Virus record (IMG/VR): IMGVR_UViG_3300035661_000001 | Location: 310,001-374,000 of that record | Reading direction: 5' to 3' (one strand) | DNA length: 64,000 bases | In this document: positions 58,912 through 64,000 of the stretch, piece by piece | Layout of the letters: each line of letters opens with the position of its first letter | Numbering within the stretch: position 1 is the first letter of the stretch | Made by a program: the position numbers and the translations under genes | Notes under the pieces: model-generated | Told to the model about the DNA's origin: nothing | Databases searched by the model: none | The model's input: the letters and a program-made list of their open reading frames with translations, nothing else

Positions 58912-59491
58912 TAATATCAATATAAAATTAGAAGGAGCGCCCAATGAAAAATACGAAAAATTTTTTAAAAAATTCGAAGAGGTATCTATCTTAGATCCAT
59001 CTTCTTGGAGTGTAACTCATCTTTTAGGATATTTTTGTAAAAAATATAAAGAGCAATATCAAACAGATTATAAATTCAAATTCAATAGTCCCACACCATC
59101 CAAATGTTTTGAGGTTTTTCAAATCAAAAAACTAGCAATGAATTTAACAGCCGATCCATTTTTGTTAAAAGAATATATTGATTGGGTGTATGATAATAAA
59201 GTTGTTAAAGCCAAAAGAAAATTAACTTCTATTTCTTTCATGACTAATGAAGGTGTCGTGAATGAATATAAAATAAATGTTCTTTTATCGAATGATAGGG
59301 AATCAAGTATAGATCGATCTGCATTTTTGCCTGAAAAATACAAAAATGTATTTGAAGAAATAGGTATGACCATTAATACTTATGGTGAATTAGCATTCAT
59401 TCATCAAATGGATGACGAAAAGGTAGCTGCGGCTTTTTCAAGAATAGAATTAATTGGTTTTGATAAGTCTAAATTAGAAAATATTGTATGA
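58901..59491 (+). CDS. hypothetical protein, possibly replication initiator-associated
   Basis: 196 aa, helical; located upstream of the DnaC-like and DnaB genes. Function inferred from position only. Confidence 0.5.
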   Translation: MKNDNINIKLEGAPNEKYEKFFKKFEEVSILDPSSWSVTHLLGYFCKKYKEQYQTDYKFKFNSPTPSKCFEVFQIKKLAMNLTADPFLLKEYIDWVYDNKVVKAKRKLTSISFMTNEGVVNEYKINVLLSNDRESSIDRSAFLPEKYKNVFEEIGMTINTYGELAFIHQMDDEKVAAAFSRIELIGFDKSKLENIV

Positions 59492-59880
59492 TATTGGTTA
59501 ATTGTAACTCTTCAGAATATTTAGATGAAGTGGGATATATTTTTCCAACTGATATTTTTGATATGATTCCATTATTGTATACTACAGAGTTTATTAAATG
59601 TAGTGATACTAATGTGAATTATTTACACACTGTTGTTAGAACCAAAATTGAAGAAAAATCGCAATGGGATTTAACTTGGGGCAGACCATTATCATGGTCT
59701 GGTCCATATGATAAATTGAAAAATTTGAATAAAGTAATTGTTTTCTATATGGAATCAGATGATTTGACAAAAAATGAAATGAAAGATATCGTTTTTTGTG
59801 TTGTATGTTCTGAACAATATACAAAAGAACAATTATTAACAATTATGAAGAGATATTCAAAATTGAAGGTGTTTTTATGA
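59488..59880 (+). CDS. hypothetical protein; C-terminal LxxF-family member
   Basis: 130 aa, ATGA-coupled at both ends, ending YTKEQLLTIMKRYSKLKVFL*. Confidence 0.6.
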   Translation: MILVNCNSSEYLDEVGYIFPTDIFDMIPLLYTTEFIKCSDTNVNYLHTVVRTKIEEKSQWDLTWGRPLSWSGPYDKLKNLNKVIVFYMESDDLTKNEMKDIVFCVVCSEQYTKEQLLTIMKRYSKLKVFL

Positions 59881-60278
59881 TTCCACAAAAAGGAAGTCAC
59901 GTTAAGTGTGTAATGCGTAATAATTTAGTTTTGGAGGGAGTTGTAGAGTCATGGTCAGATGATCAGTCTATATTACGATCTTTAGATGACTCATCTCTTT
60001 CTATTATACAGCACTCCTTGGAAGATATAGTGGTGATCAAGGTTATCCTTAAAAAGCCCCTTCAAACAAAAAAAGAATTAGAAATAAAATTTGAAGAAGA
60101 GGTTAAGAAGCCGAGCGATGATAATCTGAGATTGAAAAACATAGTAGAATTAAAAAATATGTTAAATAATCAAGAAAAGAAAATTATCGCAGAGAATTTG
60201 AAAAATCATCATATTGGAGAGATTAAGAAAATAAATTATGGACAACCTGGATTTTTCCCGAAGCCGAGCATTAAATAA
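59877..60278 (+). CDS. hypothetical protein with possible Sm/Hfq-like N-terminal fold and coiled-coil tail
   Basis: GSHVKCVMRNNLVLEGVVESWSDDQSILRS resembles the Sm1 motif. Confidence 0.45.
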   Translation: MIPQKGSHVKCVMRNNLVLEGVVESWSDDQSILRSLDDSSLSIIQHSLEDIVVIKVILKKPLQTKKELEIKFEEEVKKPSDDNLRLKNIVELKNMLNNQEKKIIAENLKNHHIGEIKKINYGQPGFFPKPSIK

Positions 60279-62016
60279 TATTCCAAAAAGAAAGCTGCAT
60301 GAAAAACTCGCAGAAATTTCTAGTACTGACGAAGATATTAAGATAAAAAATGTCAAATTAATTGCGATAAATAGATATGCAGAAAGCAATATTCCAATTG
60401 AATATTGGGGGTTGAAGATGGAAAAAGATTTCACCGGAGACCAAAGATTATTAACAAAATACAACGAGTATTGTGCGGATTTAAAACAATCTTATCGAGA
60501 TGGTGTTTCTATTTGTTTTGCTGGTGGACATGGAAGAGGCAAGCAATTATCATTAGATACAGAATTGCCTACCCCTAATGGTTTTATTAAACTTATGGAT
60601 TTAAAAGAAGGTGATAAATTATTTGATGAGCAAGGTAACATATGTAATGTATTGCAGCTTCATCCCATTAATTTATCGCCTGAATCATATCAAATAGAAT
60701 TTGATGATGGTACAAAAGTGGAGGCTTGCGCTGATCATTTATGGTTTACTTGGGATAGCGCTTCTCGCAAATCATATCAGCGTTCTAAAAATCCAACTAT
60801 TCATCCTCAAGTACGAAATACCAAAGAAATTTTGAAAACTTTAATTTCTAAAGGTAAACGCGGAAAAAATCATTCAATACCATGTATTAAACCTGTTAAT
60901 TATTCTGAAAAAAAACTATTAGTTGATCCCTATGTTTTAGGGTGTTGGTTAGGTGATGGAGAAACAAATTCTGGAGCTATCGAATGTGCTGATCAAGATA
61001 TTTTAACAGAAATTCAAAATGTCGGATATTCTGTTAATTTAACAGAATCTTCGCAACTTCATAATTCTAAATCTCGTCGGTATAGAATTGGTGATTTAAT
61101 AGATATTAAAATAAAAAATACGCCACATAAGATCGGCTTGCTATGTCAACAATTAAAACAGATTAATGTATTAAATAATAAACATGTTCCTGATGAATAT
61201 TTATATTCATCATATGAACAAAGACTATCTTTAATTCAAGGATTAATGGATACTGATGGTTGTTGTTTGAATACTGGAGTAATGGAATATTGTACAGTAC
61301 TACCAGAATTAGCAAAACAAATACAACAGCTAATTCATAGTATGGGAATAAAATGTTCTTTGCACAAAAATGAATCTTGGTTGTATGATAAACGATGCAA
61401 AGATCGATACAGAATAAAAATTATTACACAATTACCAATTTTTAGATTAAAAAGAAAGCTAAAAAACATTAGATTGAAAAAGAATCAATTAGCAAAAACT
61501 ACGCATAGATATATTGTTAATATAATTCCCATTGATCCTAAACCAATGAGATGTATTACAGTAGATAGTCCTAATCATTTATTTTTAATCACAAGATCTT
61601 TTATTCCAACACATAACACTATGGCAGTTAGTTGTATTCTCAAGAAGGCTTGTGGTAAAAACTTTTCATGTCTTTATACTACACTGACAGATATTGTGAA
61701 TACATTAACACAAGCATCAGGTGATGATAAATATCTGGCTCGCCGAGAATTATCTTTGATAGATTTTTTGGTCATTGATGAGTTTGATCCAAGATTTATG
61801 CCTTCTGAAAATGCAGCGGATTTATACGCTCGAAGTCTAGAAGGTATTTTCAGGGCTAGAAGCCAAAATAAACTTCCTACATTAATGTGTACTAATAGTC
61901 CTAACGTAGTTAAGTCATTTCATGGAGCATTGCAGGAAAGCATAGATTCTTTGATGAAAGGTTATTTAACAGTGTTTCCAGTATTCGGTGATGATTTTAG
62001 AAAGAAAGGCTTATGA
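60238..62016 (+). CDS. DnaC/IstB-like AAA+ helicase loader containing an intein
   Basis: Walker A GGHGRGK|T split by the intein; Walker B FLVIDE, R...LPTLMCTN; directly upstream of DnaB. Spliced extein is 234 aa. Confidence 0.85.
   Translation: MDNLDFSRSRALNNIPKRKLHEKLAEISSTDEDIKIKNVKLIAINRYAESNIPIEYWGLKMEKDFTGDQRLLTKYNEYCADLKQSYRDGVSICFAGGHGRGKQLSLDTELPTPNGFIKLMDLKEGDKLFDEQGNICNVLQLHPINLSPESYQIEFDDGTKVEACADHLWFTWDSASRKSYQRSKNPTIHPQVRNTKEILKTLISKGKRGKNHSIPCIKPVNYSEKKLLVDPYVLGCWLGDGETNSGAIECADQDILTEIQNVGYSVNLTESSQLHNSKSRRYRIGDLIDIKIKNTPHKIGLLCQQLKQINVLNNKHVPDEYLYSSYEQRLSLIQGLMDTDGCCLNTGVMEYCTVLPELAKQIQQLIHSMGIKCSLHKNESWLYDKRCKDRYRIKIITQLPIFRLKRKLKNIRLKKNQLAKTTHRYIVNIIPIDPKPMRCITVDSPNHLFLITRSFIPTHNTMAVSCILKKACGKNFSCLYTTLTDIVNTLTQASGDDKYLARRELSLIDFLVIDEFDPRFMPSENAADLYARSLEGIFRARSQNKLPTLMCTNSPNVVKSFHGALQESIDSLMKGYLTVFPVFGDDFRKKGL
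60544..61617 (+). mobile_element. class 3 intein (Gln1) with LAGLIDADG endonuclease, 358 aa
   Basis: Starts QLSLDTELPTPNG; block B ACADHLW; LGCWLGDG and LIQGLMDTDG; block F MRCITVD; ends IPTHN followed by Thr+1. Confidence 0.9.
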
Positions 62017-63422
62017 ACTACAATTTAGATTTGGTCATTTTAAAAATTCTGATTTCCAATAAAAAATACGCTTTAGATTTCGTAAGTGAAAATGATGCCA
62101 AATTATTTTCACCAGAAGTGTGGAATGCTGCAAACATATTTATTAATCATGTTAAAACTTATAAAGAATTGCCTACTCTACGCATTCTCACTGAGAAGCT
62201 AGAAAAAGGTAATAATGGTAAATTAATTGAGAATGTGACTAAAGTTTGGTCGCAGTTGGAATCTATTGATTACGATGATAAAGAATATAAACATGATCTA
62301 GAAAAGATTAAAAAGAGATTTGCTGAGAAGCAAATAGTTTTGATCAAAGAAAAATTAGAATCGATTGAGCCGGGCTCAATTGATGTTGCACGTTCAGTTG
62401 TTGAAATGCAAAAAACGGTTCAATCGATTAAAAACTTAAGCCAAACTAAAGCTTATGAAAGAAAAACCTTAAAAGAAGCTGTACCTATTTTTAGGGAAGA
62501 GTACAACGCCAAAATGGAAGACCCCCATTTTGATCGTGGTATAAAAACTGGATATTCATATTTCGATCATGTTACAGATGGTTTGCGACCTGGAGAATTA
62601 GTTCTTATCGGCGGTGAATCGGGTGGTGGTAAATCCATGTTACTTATGAACATGGCACTTCAGCTATGGATGCAGAACAATTCTATTTACTCTGAGGATA
62701 TTAATTCTACAGGTGGAAACAGTGTTTTGTATTTTTCTCTGGAAATGCCTTTTAAACCGTGTTTGAATCGCGTACTATCCAGATTGTCAAGTGCCCCTTC
62801 AAAATTGATTAGAAATGCCAAGCTGAACCCAGAAGAAGCTGTTAGGTTGAAACGCGCGTTGAAGTTCATCAATAAATATAATCATCAATTTGAAATAGTA
62901 GACATTCCTAGAGGTGCTACTATGGAAAATTTGGAATTAATATATGAGGAAGCGAAGGCTCATTATGATCCCAAAATAATTGTAATTGATTATTTGGGTT
63001 TAATGGATTATGAAGGTGGAGATATGGATGATTGGCTGAAATTAGGAAAGATTTCAGAAAAAATACATGAATTCGCCAGAGTTCATAATGTAATTGTTTT
63101 AAGTGCCGTGCAGTTAAACAGATCTAAAGGCGGAAAAGAAATAGAAGATAAAATTGGATTACATAGGATAGGTCGCTCGGCTTTGATTATGCAGAATGCT
63201 AACATTGCAGTACAAATTGAAACCAGACCAAATGAAAAGCAATATCCAGATATGAAATATCATGTAATTAAGAATAGAGATGGAAGCCTCGGACATGGTT
63301 CTCTAATTAAAGATTTGGCTTGTGGCACATTGTTGGATCAATCAACAAATGAAGACGATACTGAATTTTATGATAGAGATCCTGACGATATTTCTGGAAA
63401 ATTAGATTTACTTGATCTATGA
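62013..63422 (+). CDS. dnaB: replicative DNA helicase DnaB-like
   Basis: GIKTGY..FD..TDGLRPGELVLIGGESGGGKS, FSLEM, IVIDYLGLM, SAVQLNR, KNRDG. Confidence 0.92.
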   Translation: MNYNLDLVILKILISNKKYALDFVSENDAKLFSPEVWNAANIFINHVKTYKELPTLRILTEKLEKGNNGKLIENVTKVWSQLESIDYDDKEYKHDLEKIKKRFAEKQIVLIKEKLESIEPGSIDVARSVVEMQKTVQSIKNLSQTKAYERKTLKEAVPIFREEYNAKMEDPHFDRGIKTGYSYFDHVTDGLRPGELVLIGGESGGGKSMLLMNMALQLWMQNNSIYSEDINSTGGNSVLYFSLEMPFKPCLNRVLSRLSSAPSKLIRNAKLNPEEAVRLKRALKFINKYNHQFEIVDIPRGATMENLELIYEEAKAHYDPKIIVIDYLGLMDYEGGDMDDWLKLGKISEKIHEFARVHNVIVLSAVQLNRSKGGKEIEDKIGLHRIGRSALIMQNANIAVQIETRPNEKQYPDMKYHVIKNRDGSLGHGSLIKDLACGTLLDQSTNEDDTEFYDRDPDDISGKLDLLDL

Positions 63423-63440
63423 TTATTTAAGTATAAAGTA

Positions 63441-64000
63441 ATGGTGAGCCAGGAAAAAATATTCATACAAAAATGCAAAATTGTACATGACAACATCTAT
63501 GATTATAGTAAGACTGCATACAAAAATTCTACTTCAAAAATAATTATTACCTGTAACATTCATGGAGATTTTAGTCAACTTCCTCCCAAACATCTTTTTG
63601 GGCAAGGTTGTCCTAAATGTTCAAAATTTAGGAAGAAAACCCCATTGGAATTTGAAGAAAAAGCTAAAAAGATACATAGCAACAGATATGACTATTCCAA
63701 AACTGATTTTACACATATAAAAAACCGTTCTGTAATAATTTGCCCTATTCATGGCGAATTTTTACAGACAATAGATAAGCACATCAATTTTGGAAGAGGT
63801 TGCCAAATCTGTGGTGGATCCAAGAAGAAAACACAAGAAGAATGGTTGTCTGAAGCAAAATCTATTCATGGAGATCTATACGATTATTCATTATCCATCT
63901 ATACGAATTTTGAATCTAAATTAACTATTCTATGTAAAAGACACGGCGCATTTGATCAGACCCCACATAACCATATAAAAGGTAAGCAGGGTTGTCCTCA
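63441..64000 (+). CDS. 3'-truncated protein with tandem Zn-binding repeats (DUF723-like), probably a homing endonuclease
   Basis: Not in the ORF track because it runs off the window. MVSQEKIFIQKCKIVHDNIYDYS... with three ~60-aa repeats of H..YDYS...C..HG.F.Q....H..G.GC..C. Confidence 0.75.
   Translation, partial: MVSQEKIFIQKCKIVHDNIYDYSKTAYKNSTSKIIITCNIHGDFSQLPPKHLFGQGCPKCSKFRKKTPLEFEEKAKKIHSNRYDYSKTDFTHIKNRSVIICPIHGEFLQTIDKHINFGRGCQICGGSKKKTQEEWLSEAKSIHGDLYDYSLSIYTNFESKLTILCKRHGAFDQTPHNHIKGKQGCP

Noticed and set aside
1604-62872. Many short antisense or alternate-frame ORFs in the track (e.g. 1604, 4665, 4965, 10451, 15459, 28117, 38405, 51639, 58085, 60162)
   Set aside because: They lie within long, motif-supported genes and have no recognisable motifs; treated as shadow ORFs.
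1-64000. Genome-wide TAG recoding (genetic code 15), prompted by no intact gene ending in TAG and one in-frame TAG at 48307
   Set aside because: ORFs of 1200-2400 codons are uninterrupted under code 11 and coding density is already near complete; TAG is simply rare in AT-rich genomes.

Overview
AT-rich, almost entirely plus-strand window from a large tailed (jumbo-type, contractile-tail) bacteriophage genome; no capsid or terminase gene is in view. Bases 1-48.2 kb are a virion morphogenesis region: neck/head-closure-like proteins, fibre/spike proteins, tail terminator, sheath, tube, a tail-assembly chaperone with a clear -1 frameshift, tape measure, hub, spike, gp25-like, baseplate-J-like and very large wedge proteins. 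Bases 48.2-64 kb carry a GT4 glycosyltransferase, an RmlB-like dehydratase, an Fpg/Nei glycosylase, a tubulin/FtsZ-family GTPase, an SF2 helicase, a DnaC-like loader with a Gln-initiated class 3 intein, and DnaB. Several homing endonucleases are present: three related HNH genes, a free-standing LAGLIDADG gene and a truncated zinc-repeat gene. The most unusual observations are: (i) four unrelated short ORFs sharing a C-terminal [N/D/K]-L-[L/K]-x-F-hydrophobic-stop motif, three of them behind their own sigma70-type promoter; (ii) long intergenic inverted repeats that contain promoter-like motifs; (iii) an HNH insertion flanked by two versions of a gene's N-terminus; (iv) a beta-domain shared among sheath and baseplate proteins that also splits a dockerin-like repeat. 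All product calls come from motif recognition and gene order by eye; no searches were run.
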